Source: Haliotis cracherodii
Lineage: Eukaryota
DNA: 64,000 bases
Assembly (NCBI RefSeq): GCF_022045235.1
Contig: NW_027266267.1
Span: forward strand, 26,660,001 to 26,724,000
Direction: 5' to 3'
Below are positions 42,701 through 56,300 of this stretch, piece after piece (position 1 is the stretch's first letter; every line of letters starts with the position of its first letter). The notes under the pieces are model-generated. The model did not search any database and was not told where the DNA came from. It was given only the letters and a program-made list of their open reading frames with translations. A program made the position numbers and the translations under genes.

Positions 42701-45700
42701 GGGTTCAGGTTGAGTAGTGGGGACATCAGATGTGAGTTTAGGCTGAGGGGTGGTGACATCGGATGTCGTTCAGGCTGAGGGGTGGGAACATTGGCTGTGG
42801 GTTTAGGCTGAGGGGTGGGGACTTCAGATGTGGGTTCAGGTTGAGTAGTGGGGACATCAGATGTGAGTTTAGGCTGAGGGGTGGTGACATCAGATGTCGT
42901 TCAGGCTGATGGGTGGGAACATTGGCTGTGGGTTTAGGCTGAGGGGTGGGGACATCAGATGTGAGTTTAGGCTGAGGGGTGGTGACATCAGATGTCGTTC
43001 AGGCTGAGGGGTGGGAACATTGGATGTGGGTTTAGGCTGAGGGGTGGGGACTTCAGATGTGGGTTCAGGTTCAGTAGTGGGGACATCAGATGTGGGTTTA
43101 GGCTTAGGGGTGGGGACATCAGATGTCGTTCAGGCTGAGGGGTTCGGAACATTGGATGTGGGTTTAGGCTGAGGGGTGGGGACTTCAGATGTGGGTTCAG
43201 GTTGAGTAGTGGGGACATCAGATGTGGGTTTAGGATGAGGGTTGGGGACTTCAGATGTGGTTTCAGGTTGAGTAGTGGGGACTTCAGATGTGGGTTTAGG
43301 CTGAGTAGTGGGGACTTCAGATGTAGGTTCAGGCGGAGGGATGGGGACATCGGATGTGGGCTCAGGCTGTGGGTTGGTGACATCAGATATGGGTTTAGGC
43401 TGAATAGTGGGGACCTCAGATGTGGGTTTAGGCTGAGGGGTGGGGACTTCAGATGTGGGTTTAGGCTGAGGGATGGGGACTTCAGATGTGGGCTCAGGCT
43501 GAGGGGTGGGGACATCGGATGTGGGCTCAGGCTGAGGGATGGGGACATCGGATGTGGGTTCAGGCGGAGGGATGGGGACATTGTATGTTGGTTCAGGCGG
43601 AGGGAAGGGGACATCAGATGTGGGTTCAGGTTGAAGGGTGGGGACATCGGACATGGGTTCAGATTGAGCAGTGGGGGCATCAGATGTGGGTTCAGGATGA
43701 AGGTTCGGAACATCAGATGAGGGTTCAGGTTGAGCAGTGGGGGCATCGTATGTGGGTTCAGCTCGAGGGGTGGGGACATCAGATGTGGGTTCAGGTTGAT
43801 GACTGGGGACATCGGATGTGGGTTCAGGTTGATGGATGGGGACATCGGGTGTGGGTTCTGGCTAAAGGGTGGGGACATTGGATGTGGGTTCTGGCTGAGG
43901 GATTGGGACATCGGATGTCGTTCAGGCTGATGGGTGGGAACATTGGATGTGGGTTTAGGCTGAGGGGTGGGGACTTCAGATGTGGGTTCAGGTTCAGTAG
44001 TGGGGACATCGGATGTCGTTCAGGCTGAGGGGTGGGAACATTGGCTGTGGGTTTAGGCTGAGGGGTGGGGACATCAGATGTGAGTTTAGGCTGAGGGGTG
44101 GTGACATCAGATGTCGTTCAGGCTGATGGGTGGGAACATTGGCTGTGGGTTTAGGGTGAGGGGTGGGGACATCAGATGTGGGTTCAGGTTGAGTAGTGGG
44201 GACATCAGATGTGAGTTTAGGCTGAGGGGTGGTGACATCGGATGTCGTTCAGGCTGATGGTTGGGAACACTGGGTGTGGGTTTAGGCTGAGGGGTGGGGA
44301 CATCAGATGTGGGTTCAGGTTCAGTAGTGGGGACATCGGATGTCGTTCAGGCTGAGGGGTGGGAACATTGGATGTGGGTTTAGGCTGAGGGGTGGGGACA
44401 TCATATGTGAGTTTAGGCTGAGGGGTGGTGACATCAGATGTCGTTCAGGCTGAGGGGTGGGAACATTGGATGTGGGTTTAGGCTGAGGGGTGGGGACTTC
44501 AGATGTGGGTTCAGGTTGAGTAGTGGGGACATCAGATGTGAGTTTAGGCTGAGGGGTGGTGACATCAGATGTCGTTCAGGCTGATGGGTGGGAACATTGG
44601 CTGTGGGTTTAGGCTGAGGGGTGGGGACATCAGATGTGAGTTTAGGCTGAGGGGTGGTGACATCAGATGTCGTTCAGGCTGAGGGGTGGGAACATTGGAT
44701 GTGGGTTTAGGCTGATGGGTGGGGACTTCAGATGTGGGTTCAGGTTCAGTAGTGGGGACATCAGATGTGGGTTTAGGCTTAGGGGTGGGGACATCAGATG
44801 TCGTTCAGGCTGAGGGGTTCGGAACATTGGATGTGGGTTTAGGCTGAGGGGTGGGGACTTCAGATGTGGGTTCAGGTTGAGTAGTGGGGACATCAGATGT
44901 GGGTTTAGGATGAGGTTGGGGACTTCAGATGTGGTTTCAGGTTGAGTAGTGGGGACTTCAGATGTGGGTTTAGGCTGAGTAGTGGGGACTTCAGATGTAG
45001 GTTCAGGCGGAGGGATGGGGACATCGGATGTGGGCTCAGGCTGTGGGTTGGTGACATCAGATATGGGTTTAGGCTGAGTAGTGGGGACCTCAGATGTGGG
45101 TTTAGGCTGAGGGGTGGGGACTTCAGATGTGGGTTTAGGCTGAGGGATGGGGACTTCAGATGTGGGCTCAGGCTGAGGGGTGGGGACATCGGATGTGGGC
45201 TCAGGCTGAGGGATGGGGACATCGGATGTGGGTTCAGGCGGAGGGATGGGGACATTGTATGTTGGTTCAGGCGGAGGGAAGGGGACATCGTATGTGGGCT
45301 CAGGCTTTGGGATGGGGACATCGTATGTGGGCTCAGGCTGAGGAGTGGGAACATCGTATGTTGGTTCAGGCGGAGAGATGGGGACATCGTATGTGGGTTC
45401 AGGCGGAGGGATGGGGACATCAGATGTGGGTTCAGGTTGAAGGGTGGGGACATCGGACATGGGTTCAGATTGAGCAGTGGGGGCATCAGATGTGGGTTCA
45501 GGATGAAGGTTCGGAACATCAGATGAGGGTTCAGGTTGAGCAGTGGGGGCATCGTATGTGGGTTCAGCTCGAGGGGTGGGGACATCAGATGTGGGTTCAG
45601 GTTGATGACTGGGGACATCGGATGTGGGTTCAGGTTAATGGATGGGGACATCGGGTGTGGGTTCTGGCTAAAGGGTGGGGACATTGGATGTGGGTTCTGG

Positions 45701-46612
45701 CTGAGGGATTGGGACATCGGATGTCGTTCAGGCTGATGGGTGGGAACATTGGATGTGGGTTTAGGCTGAGGGGTGGGGACTTCAGATGTGGGTTCAGGTT
45801 CAGTAGTGGGGACATCGGATGTCGTTCAGGCTGAGGGGTGGGAACATTGGCTGTGGGTTTAGGCTGAGGGGTGGGGACATCAGATGTGAGTTTAGGCTGA
45901 GGGGTGGTGACATCAGATGTCGTTCAGGCTGATGGTTGGGAACACTGGGTGTGGGTTTAGGCTGAGGGGTGGGGACATCAGATGTGGGTTCAGGTTCAGT
46001 AGTGGGGACATCGGATGTCGTTCAGGCTGAGGGGTGGGAACATTGGATGTGGGTTTAGGCTGAGGGGTGGGGACATCATATGTGAGTTTAGGCTGAGGGG
46101 TGGTGACATCAGATGTCGTTCAGGCTGAGGGGTGGGAACATTGGATGTGGGTTTAGGCTGAGGGGTGGGGACTTCAGATGTGGGTTCAGGTTCAGTAGTG
46201 GGGACATCAGATGTGGGTTTAGGCTTAGGGGTGGGGACATCAGATGTCGTTCAGGCTGAGGGGTTCGGAACATTGGATGTGGGTTTAGGCTGAGGGGTGG
46301 GGACTTCAGATGTGGGTTTAGGCTGAGGGGTGGGGACTTCAGATGTGGGTTCAGGCTCAGGGGTGGGGACTTCAGATGTGGGTTCAGGTTGAGTAGTGGT
46401 GACATCAGAGGTGGGTTCAGGCTGAGTAGTGGGGACATCGTATGTGGGTTCAGTCTGAGGGTTGGGGACATCAGATATGGGTTTAGGCTGAGGGGTTGGG
46501 ACTTCAGATGTGGGTTCAGGCTGAGGGATGGGGACATCGTATGTGGGTTTAGAATGAGGGGTTGGGACATCAGATGTAGGTTCAGGTTGAGTAGTGGGGA
46601 CATCGGATGTGG
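36710..46612 (+). repeat. G-rich 33-bp satellite array, ~300 units, with 32-bp variants and higher-order blocks
   Basis: Consensus GATGTGGGTTCAGGCTGAGGGGTGGGGACATCA; 11-aa periodic ORFs on both strands. Confidence 0.98.
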
Positions 46613-47025
46613 ATGCTGACGCTGGAATGAGTAAATATGATTTGTCAGTAAATGCAGCTGTCATCAGTATGTCCCTGCTTTGTAGTCTGGGTTGAGTGAA
46701 AGCTTAGAGGATGTTGATGTCACTAATTACATTTCTTCACGGAATTCATGCACACTGCATAAATATACACTTCGTAATAAATGCTCATTATTGTTAGTGC
46801 TTGCAAAACGATGTAATCATGATTGTTGGTATTAATGGAAGAAACTAAAGTGTCTATTCTATTCCGAGCCATAACTTGAAAACCATACAGTGTTTTTCAA
46901 TGAAACTTTACATATGCATTGCTCATCAGCTTAACTGGTGCCTTTTGCTATTTTAAAATTTCGACTTAGTCTGAAATGAGGTGTTGGGAGGAATAAATTT
47001 GTGGTGAATTGTCATATAGACTGTC

Positions 47026-47225
47026 NNNNNNNNNNNNNNNNNNNNNNNNNNNNNNNNNNNNNNNNNNNNNNNNNNNNNNNNNNNNNNNNNNNNNNNNNNN
47101 NNNNNNNNNNNNNNNNNNNNNNNNNNNNNNNNNNNNNNNNNNNNNNNNNNNNNNNNNNNNNNNNNNNNNNNNNNNNNNNNNNNNNNNNNNNNNNNNNNNN
47201 NNNNNNNNNNNNNNNNNNNNNNNNN
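47026..47225. other. Assembly gap (200 N)
   Basis: Round-number N run; true distance across it is unknown. Confidence 0.99.
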
Positions 47226-49559
47226 TCAAACTAATAATCAACAACCATGACAACTACTACTATCGCAACTTCCAAATAAAGCTACTTGATATTATTGTGT
47301 ACTACAACTACTACTAAAACTGAACAAAGAGAGTCACCTCGCCACTACAGTGTGGTTTTACACAAGATAATGGACAGCCACTATTGGTTATACTGATACG
47401 TTTCTGGTCAGGTTCAAATATAATACTAAAGAAGAACCTGTGCTGACACACGCAAGCGTCAGCACAGCAGGCACGAACACACACGGACGATAAGGTATGT
47501 TTTGTTTGTAAGTTATACGTTTAGTGTTGTGTTGGTGTTGTTGTTCTATGAGTTTGTGTGTGATATTAGCAGGTGTGAAGCTGTAAACAGGCAGCATTTC
47601 AAAGAGTGAAAATTTACATGTCATACATGCACCTATTTGCCTTTCTTGACACAGACTTTTGTATATGAAGATCCAAAATTTATATTTAAAATTATTTACA
47701 ATTTACAGCAATTTTCAGCAATACAATGGATATTCCTTTCACCCAGAGAACTTACATGTTTGCTTTATGACAGAACAAAACTTAGATAATTTGTTTAACA
47801 CAATTATTGTTTGAACTATTAAACACACTGTTGCTTATCAGGTAGCAATTCAGTTCTGTAGCTTTTCAAATAATTACACTTGAAAAGTGCAAGGAATTCC
47901 TCACCAACGTCACAGCTATCACATAAATTACATTTTCTTACTTTGCCCCATCGATCCACTTCAACTGGGAGACTATGACAAGATGTATAAACCTAATTAG
48001 TGAGAACCATGTTTTTCACATAATTTATGAAAATATAGTTCAGCATTTAAATATTCAATACGTTGCAGCTTTTGATGATTCAAACATTTCAGATGACCAT
48101 ATGTGTTAATACTGATCTTGTAATCTATTTGACACAATCCATTTTAGTGGATTGGCAGAAATATAACAATGTGAATGCCATATATTCATCAAACCAGTCT
48201 TCATATAGATAGATAGGTCCGCTTTTGGATGCGATCCTACAGCTACTGCGTTATCTGCGTTGCCCAGCTACTTACTAGACACTGCCCTCTCAAAAATAAT
48301 GTTGACAAATATACAATGTATCACGTCATCAAGTTGAGAGCGCATATTTGAATCACCAGACATAGACATGTCTTATCGTGGAATAAACCACGCTTCGTTC
48401 TTGATTGTTCTTTCCGATTTATCGCGTAGCTATCTTATATATGAGAACATGTCATACGTATATGATTTAAGTTTAACTGGCTGCAACCTCAACCGCGCAC
48501 TTTTAACTGCGCACCAGTCTGCCCGAGAAACGTCAGAGATTTTGCCTTCATGGTCATCCTGGCATATCATCACTAAGACCCATCCTAGTCTACAAAACGT
48601 AGAAATGCATATCCACTTTCGTAGTATCGACTCGACCCGTGTCTAGACTGACAGTTACAGTCAACAGCAATCTATGCAGGAGAGACCTACGAGTCGCTAT
48701 TCGGTCACGAATGCATTCTATGAACTGGCCTCGGGTCCTCTGTTGCGTCACGATTCGTGCAAATGAACCCTTTCCCGATCCCCATTAGATTAGTAGGCTG
48801 TAGAGATTGACAACTGAGCGTGCCTCATTCAAACTGTATCTTTGTCTTATCACAGACATGTTTTTTTATACCCCACTGTAGGTCACGTAAGGAGAAGCTC
48901 CGATGCTTCTGCGCATTACCACTAGAATCACGTGAAGGCCTGTTTCGATTTTTCACTGTCATAGAATTTGTATAAGAAAGATATATTGCATTTCATTGAC
49001 TTGGGTCCCATGGGGGTTGAGGGTCAAATTGCAATGAAAAGTAAGGACAAACGAAAGAAATGTCTTGATAAGAGCAAGTGAATGTTGTGAATGTGGATAA
49101 GTATAGAGTTAAGACTACGAAAGGTACCAGAATTCACTGGAACTGATGTCTGACAGGTTGCCTAGCAACAGTCAACACAGTCATGTACGTTAGTTGTCCT
49201 AGAAATGATCATAACCATCTCAGAGATTAAAATTTTGTCCATGTTATCTCCTGAAGTGATCCTTGCCATCCTTAAAACTACTCTCCGAAGTGATTCCAGA
49301 CAAGAAAACAGGAAGAACTTCTGTGAAAGTAAAAGGGTGATAATGACGTAGAGGGATGGCATCCAAAATTGTCATGTGTGTGTGTGTGTGTGTGTCTGTA
49401 AAAGGAAAAGTGTCTTAAAATGGTCAGCACAAGGAACACCCAGGCAGAAAAACTGGGCCTGTCAGGCAAAACTCGATACATACCCACTGTTAGTACCAAT
49501 AAAAAAATGATTTCAAGTCCTAAATAGATAACACAACGAATGTCATTCTAAAACATGCT

Positions 49560-50110
49560 TTTGCAGCAAATATCAATAATTTTGGTTGGCTTAAATGAAA
49601 CAAACTTTTTAAATAGTAAACACAAAATATTCTAATGAATTCACTGTAAATAAACTTCAGTTCAAATGTAAAAATTCACGCACTCATTAATGGATTCCAT
49701 TTTATCTAGCAGCAAGTTAAGAACACACAGTTTGGTCAAGTCATCTATAAATACTGAGAATTATCTTACATATTGTAAGAACAAAGGTCATAGGTTACTT
49801 TTCTCAAAACTTTGTTTTAGTAATCACAAATCAAAATTGAACAATCGGTTATACAAAAACACCAACCCCGTTGGAACAACGTCTCTGTGAAACATGTGAG
49901 GTCTTAGAAGATGAACAAAGGTACGCACTGTCTTGTATAAAATACAACCAAGAAGGAGAATCACAAATAATCCTCAATCATGATAAAGAATTGTGTATAC
50001 TCAAAGGACAAAGACTGTTCAAAGGAAAAGTTCAAAAGTTCAAACAATTCTTAATAAGTTTACCAACAGTTATCCAGAAACAATTTCCAACGATTACTAA
50101 CAAATTACCA
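49560..50110 (+). pseudogene. Non-LTR retrotransposon ORF2 C-terminal remnant
   Basis: SSKLRT...ENYL...HRLLFSKLCFSNHK...RY...QRLCETCEVLEDE...C; frameshifted. Confidence 0.75.
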
Positions 50111-50350
50111 TAGTTTTGCTCAATTCTCATATTGTTTCCATATCATTATAATACACTTTTTTAAAATAAAATTGTTATAGTGTACCTCCTTTGTATGTTC
50201 AATGTTCTTGTGTTTTTTAATTGTCGTTTTTTCAGCATATTTTGTAGTTTGTGATAGTGTAATATTGCCAGTTTCTTCATGGAACGTTGCGCAATACATA
50301 TCTCATCTAAAACGTCTAAAACATCTTGATAGTTTCTTACAGTTGAGTAC

Positions 50351-50566
50351 GGGGGCACGTTTGGCCCAGCCGCCGAAGGCGCTGCAATTCGCTATGCAGA
50401 GTTGTGTCCCTTGGGCACGCCAGAACCCTATGACAGTGTGTTTGAATCTTGGATCGCCCCGATTTTGTTGTCAGCACAAAACCCTTGCTCGTTGATTTCC
50501 TCCCACATCAAGCTGACACGGAGTACTATTCAAATCGGCGTTAAACCCAACTCCCTCACTCACTCT
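50351..50566 (+). mobile_element. SINE family B, internally deleted
   Basis: Head, TTTCCTCCCAC core, tail; TSD ttgagtac/ttgtgtac. Confidence 0.85.
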
Positions 50567-52230
50567 TGTGTACGGTTCCGTTTGGTTAGTTGGGTTTGTG
50601 TTGTGATTACTTCCAGTTTAGATTTGAAGTTTGTATAGAAGAATGTTACTATGATCAACCCAGACATCGTGAAGATATCATGCAACCGTATTATTTTTTA
50701 GGAAAATCATTGCCAACTACAGACCAACCTGTAGATTTCCTATGTATCCAGAAGCATTAGAACATATGCGGGTGTATAACCTCTGCCGGAACTGTCAAAA
50801 CAATAAACCATGCAGAACCGTAAACAGAAGCATGAAACGGTTTGAATCATACATTACATACAGTGGACTATTTGAAACAATACTGTGCTCAACTATGCAC
50901 AGCAAGCGCCATACATTTTGTTACGTGAATGAGTCATTCTCTTCCAAATCCTCGTCAAGCCAGATATAAACAGCAAACACACAATGTGGCTTCCCCTGTG
51001 GCACACGTCGAGACATTTACTCTGCAATGAAATTTCCTTTTACAAACACCAGTAGCGTCCTTGGCCTTGATCCATATGATCTCAGAACCACGCCAGTCAC
51101 CGACACTGTAACATCATACTGTAAGATACATGCATGTACCAGGTACCATCCATGCTTTGTGGCACGAAACCATCCTCGTCACTGTGACGACATTTGTCTT
51201 GCAGCAAGACTGCCAAACACCTGACAACAGAAAATGTTCATAACGCACAGAACAAACATAAAATAAACAGACCTCACTGTAACGGCGACACCACAGGAGA
51301 AACTGAACTACCCAAGCTTTACATTCCCTATATATACCCCACACGGTTGCGCCCTCTACCGTGAATAACCTCCCTTTATATCTGGCTTTACCAAGCTCCT
51401 TCCCAGCGCGTGACACCTTCGTTACACTCTCGGTAACATCGAGATAGTATAGAGAGCTCGGCGAACGGGCTATCGCTGTGAGGAGCTTGTTGGCTTACCT
51501 TCAAGAGAAATCAATTTCAGCCTAATTCACTCTGTTCAACAGAATGAAATTTCATTTACTAGGCCTCAACTGAATATTATAGGGCGCTTCACTCAATATC
51601 ATGCGCATATCACATGTTCAGTAAGAGTTACTTCCCCCTGCATATTGTGTTGTTGTTGTTCATCGAAGTCAGTGAAATTTTAAGTGCTTAAAAACCACAC
51701 GAAACTGTTTTTTAACACATGTGATTATGAATACAACTAATTACACATTTCTCATATCAAACCCGTTGTTTTACATGTGTTGTTTATTGAACAAAGTCAT
51801 ACTTTATAGAAACCTGGTATTTAATCGTGTTGAACAATATGTTGCAATAGCAATGTGAAGTTGAAAGATTGAGTGCGCGTGACAGGCTTGGCCTAAATCC
51901 CTCCCTGGAACCTTTCTCGATGGCTGCCTGAATAACATACGATACATTGCAAAGGTAGTGCGCAATTGAGCTGTTCGGATAAGGGAGGTAATCAATCACT
52001 CTCAGTGATACAGCTTGAATATGATACGATGTACATTATTGCGAGGTCAGCGCGTGATAAAGCTCTACACTACGCCTATAGCTAAAGGAGATAACTTCTC
52101 ACCACTGCTTACATTAGATAGTACTACATTTCTGACAACTAAACATTGCCCAATCACAATGCTATGAACTTCTACTGAATCGCAACAGATTCAATGAAAT
52201 ACAATTACGACATTGTTTAACAATATATTA

Positions 52231-52500
52231 CACTTTTTGATTGACATTTTCTAGAACTTGGTAAGTCCCAGAAAAGACCAGATATTTTATGGATGACAAC
52301 CTCTTTATTCAATTATGATGCGACGTTTCGGTATAGATTTTTATACGAGGCAAGCAAAGGTGAAGAAAGGGTTATATATCCACAATCAGTCTATATGTAC
52401 ATTGACTGATTCACTCAGGCACTATACATACTGACTGAAATGTATAGTTTAAACACATATTGCCTGACAAATAGAATAAAGAAGTTGTCTTCCATAAAAC
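52231..52500. repeat. Inverted terminal-repeat fragment, probably Penelope-like
   Basis: ttttatggatgacaacctctttattc ... gaataaagaagttgtcttccataaaa; same family as 56983-57120. Confidence 0.65.
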
Positions 52501-52537
52501 ATCTATCTATAATAAATTTCACTACCTTATGACAATA

Positions 52538-53000
52538 GTTATACCCGTTAGTACTGTCTGTGCCCCTCTACAAGCTGATCTGATGCTCTCAGATAGTTTC
52601 GTCAATTCAAAGAGATGACACTTTGTCGCTGCAAAAGAAACAAAACAACAACAACAACAACCAATGTTTTAGAATATAGATGACTTCGTCTTTCAGCAAT
52701 GCCAATATTAATGAGTAGTTCCATCTCTTTTGTCCATCAGAGTTGGAAATCAAGGAAACAAAAGAGAAACAAATTTCATGGGCTTATCTGGACTTGTGCC
52801 GATAGAGATTCAAATACTGGCCTTCATGTTAAACAATAAACCATCATCTCCAACTTATGACGTCTACATTTCTCAGTTGTACTTTAGATCAAATAATTTC
52901 TATTTTGCCTTTTACACCCTTTGTAATCAGTTTCGGAAGATACTCGAGTTTATTATCTTCTGGTGTCGTTGACGTTTTGAATAATTTACATAGGTGTGTT
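52538..53000 (+). pseudogene. Penelope-like element reverse transcriptase remnant
   Basis: IPVSTVCAPLQADL (cf. IPMGTNCAPLLADL), IDD, PSELEIKET, AYLDL, PSSPTYDVYISQL; many frameshifts. Confidence 0.8.
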
Positions 53001-53354
53001 CCAGTAGAATAGCATGTTCAGGGGACTTTCAAAAGAGTTCTCTGAATACCAAATAGGTCGATGAAAGAGTTACATGCATTGGATAGTTGTATCAACAAAT
53101 CACTATTATGCATGGTTTATGAAGATTATTAGAGATATGAAATACCATTCTTGTGATATCTGTTTACCGAGTTTGTCATGCGTTTCGAAAAAATAATATG
53201 TACTGATCGATCAATACTAGGTAAACATATTCATCATAATTCATCAATATCATAAAAACATATTGATACATTTCGTCTATTCCACGGAACCGATAAAGAC
53301 GATATTCGAATGTTTATAACCTTTGTGAATTGATTTCGCAGAAGCAGCAGTAAA

Positions 53355-56300
53355 ATGGCGCTTTTAAAGGCAAGACCAGACATTCCCAGTCCACCGTGCA
53401 AGACATCGTATTCACTCAGTCACAACCTAGGAAATCAAGGAGCTGTGAGAAGTGTTGAGAGTGAAAGGATGATACACCAGGACCGGCCCAGCGCACGCCA
53501 CAAGAGAAAAGTAGATAATGATGGCAGTGACTGCAATCATAACTTTCATAATTCTGAGAAAATTCATCGAGGACATTCTTTCCCTCATGTTGCAGTTGAC
53601 AATGGCGAGTATAAAATAATCAGTACCTTATAAATCGTTTTCTCAAAAGCATGGTGTCTAATGTTAACACGGTGTCTGCTACTTTGTTCCTCATCCCAAT
53701 GCAGACACTCTCGACACCCGTACATGTCTAATAATATCACAGGTGTTCAGATTCAATTAAGTGAACAATGAGACAAGAATATATCAGTGGTTGATATTGT
53801 CCTATTAGTATCACGATAGCCAAGCACATCATCATCTTGATAAAAAAATGTGGAGGAGAAACCACTGACTACAGGACAGAAAAGGGAGTTATTTGCATGT
53901 GGTGTAGTATTTAATACAAAGCAAGAACTAAATACTTGAAGACGAGTCGATAGGTATTTAGTAGAACACTGTGAAAAACAGTTTGTAGAGATAATGATTA
54001 AGATACAATAACAGCATGTCAGTTATTCAAACGTCTCGGACAACACTACCCTTTCATAAAGGCCAAGGCCCAGTTTCACAAGCCAGCTTTAGTGCTGAGG
54101 TGATCGTAACTAAGAATTTAACCTTAGACCTTGTTAAGGTTGACGTCCTCTTCCACGAAACAACCTTAAGAAAGGCGAACGTAAGTTTCGATCAAAATCT
54201 ACAGTTTGTCGAGGCAAGGGAGTTAAGTCCAGTTTCCAACCTTGCCGAACTAGGCTGGAATTTCTGGGCTCGAACTTAGCGACACCAGTGGTTATGACGA
54301 GATGTGTCCCTTCTATGCCTCTCCTTTTGACCAATCAGATTCCACCTCTTGTATCACTTACATTTGCTTCCAACAAAATGGCAGTGCCCAGTCAAGAGGA
54401 CCTGATCAATACTAGTTATCAAGATCTATATTGTGATAAAACGGGTCTTACATCGCAAAGTGCATCAAATCACGTGAGCATCTTGATTAAAAACAATCGA
54501 CCGAAAACTGCACGAACCGGATTTCTATTTCGTTACGCGATTTTGATTGGACTATGCATAGACTCTATAGTTCAGCCATAATATAACTCCATAATACGAG
54601 CCTAGTTCGGCAAGGGTGGAAACTGGACTTTCAAAGTCAGTTAAGTCACTTGCCTCGGGAAAATGACATTTGGTACGACCCTACCTAAACTCACTAAGGT
54701 GTAAGTTCAGACTAAGGTAACCTTTAATTAAAGGTTGTTTTGTGGAACAGGACCATGTTGGCAAAATGGACCGCTGAGTCACGAAATCCCCTGTACCATA
54801 TATCTCTGTTTATATGTATTATAGATGTGGAAGACAAGACAGACGACGGCAACCTTACATTCGAAGGTGAGACTATTTTACGCTGCCCAATGCAATATTA
54901 CAGCAAAAATACGACAACCGGCAATCACTTGTCCTGAACAAAATATTTTGTTGATACCAAGGGCAATGATCTCCCAACATACAGTAACCACCTGAGCCAC
55001 TTAAGTCGGAAACACATGAAGATCCGGGTTAGAATAGGTCTTCAGCAACTCATGCTTTCAAAACGTTTCTTTGGAAGAAATGTGAAGGACATTTCCAAAT
55101 TTGAAGCATCAGTGCGAAGAATGATTTCCGATGCAATTCCCTATTTTGTTTATTATCATATGTTCTCGTGTTTTTCTTTTTAGTTCGTTATAACCGTAGT
55201 TCGTTATAAGCATATATAAGTATAACTACAGCAAATTGTCGGGTCCAAAAAAGTAAGTTCGTTATATCGCTCAGTTCGTTATAAGCGTGTTCGTTATAAC
55301 AGTAGTTTACTGGAACTTGTGTTTAATTACTAATTATTTGTTATCTGCATTGATAATAACTCGACAGAAGTTCACTGGATCATTACACGAAATGAGACGA
55401 GTAAACAACAGAACCTTAAGTAATATTTGTTGTGTTCCATTTTGTCAGGTTCCCCCCTCGACCCTCTGGACTTGGTTGAAGAACGTGTGTCAACACTCAA
55501 CCCATTCATGCCAGCTGTGTTTATCTTTCGCTGGGTTCAAGGTTTGTATACTGATTCATCAGAGCAATCTGCAACAAGAAATACAATGACGTTTTTGACA
55601 GTTTCATACATGTTTGGCTGATTTGTTAATAAATCACTTAATTAGCCTTCCGTCCTCGGACATAACCGTCAGTGAATTTTCTGTTATTCTTATCACATCA
55701 TTGTATTGGTATATTTGTGGTGTAATGTGCGTTTCTGTTATGGCTTTTTTAACAGATTCTGCTCAAGCGGAAAGGTTGGTACATGCTTCCCTGAATCTTG
55801 GTACAGAACTTGGTCTCACGGAAGCAGATCTTCAGCCTCCTAGCGTTCAGAAGACACTGATTTTCCTTAGTAACAAAACAGTTCCACTGCTGTGTGTTGT
55901 TGACATCAGTCCTGACAGGTCTGCTGCTATGTCATACGCAAGGTCACTGGCCCGGGAACTCACACACAAAATGAGAGATTTTACAGACGAATCCTTCAAC
56001 TTTCTCTGCACGGTGGTGGACGGGGCTGAGTCAACAAACATCAACTGGACACAGATGTCTGCCACGTTGCTTCAGGAGAATGGACACCTCTACCCATATG
56101 AAAGAATGACTATGTACCAAAGAAAGTTCCAGAACCTCCAGAAAAGCCTACATTTTGTGATGTCGGCCACAAGCGTACCCTACTACACTTTGAACGGTAT
56201 GCCAGCACGGTCAAAACAAGACGATACTGACAACGTTCCAATCTATCAACTGACACGGGAACAGCTGGAGTTCATGCAAGATCTTCTGAAGAAAGACAAG

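Noticed and set aside
36710-46612. CRISPR array or telomere
   Set aside because: No unique spacers and eukaryotic context. TTAGG-like words occur only as parts of the unit, with no (TTAGGG)n run.
36653-46664. Long PEPT-rich, LNPH-rich and GDIRCGFR-rich ORFs suggesting a mucin-like or structural protein
   Set aside because: They follow from a 33-bp unit. Systematic 32-bp variants shift frame into stop-containing frames, both strands are equally open, and there is no signal peptide or splice structure.
46966-47317. ORFs spanning the N run
   Set aside because: Gap artefacts.
47330-51500. Scattered minus-strand splice-like signals suggesting another gene
   Set aside because: Candidate exons have stops in the frames I checked or no recognisable product; a lncRNA cannot be supported from sequence alone.
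52255-52260. 6-nt microexon ttttctag|AACTTG|gtaagt upstream of the Schlafen-like gene
   Set aside because: Lies in the Penelope-like terminal repeat (related sequence reversed at ~57121-57140); no independent support.
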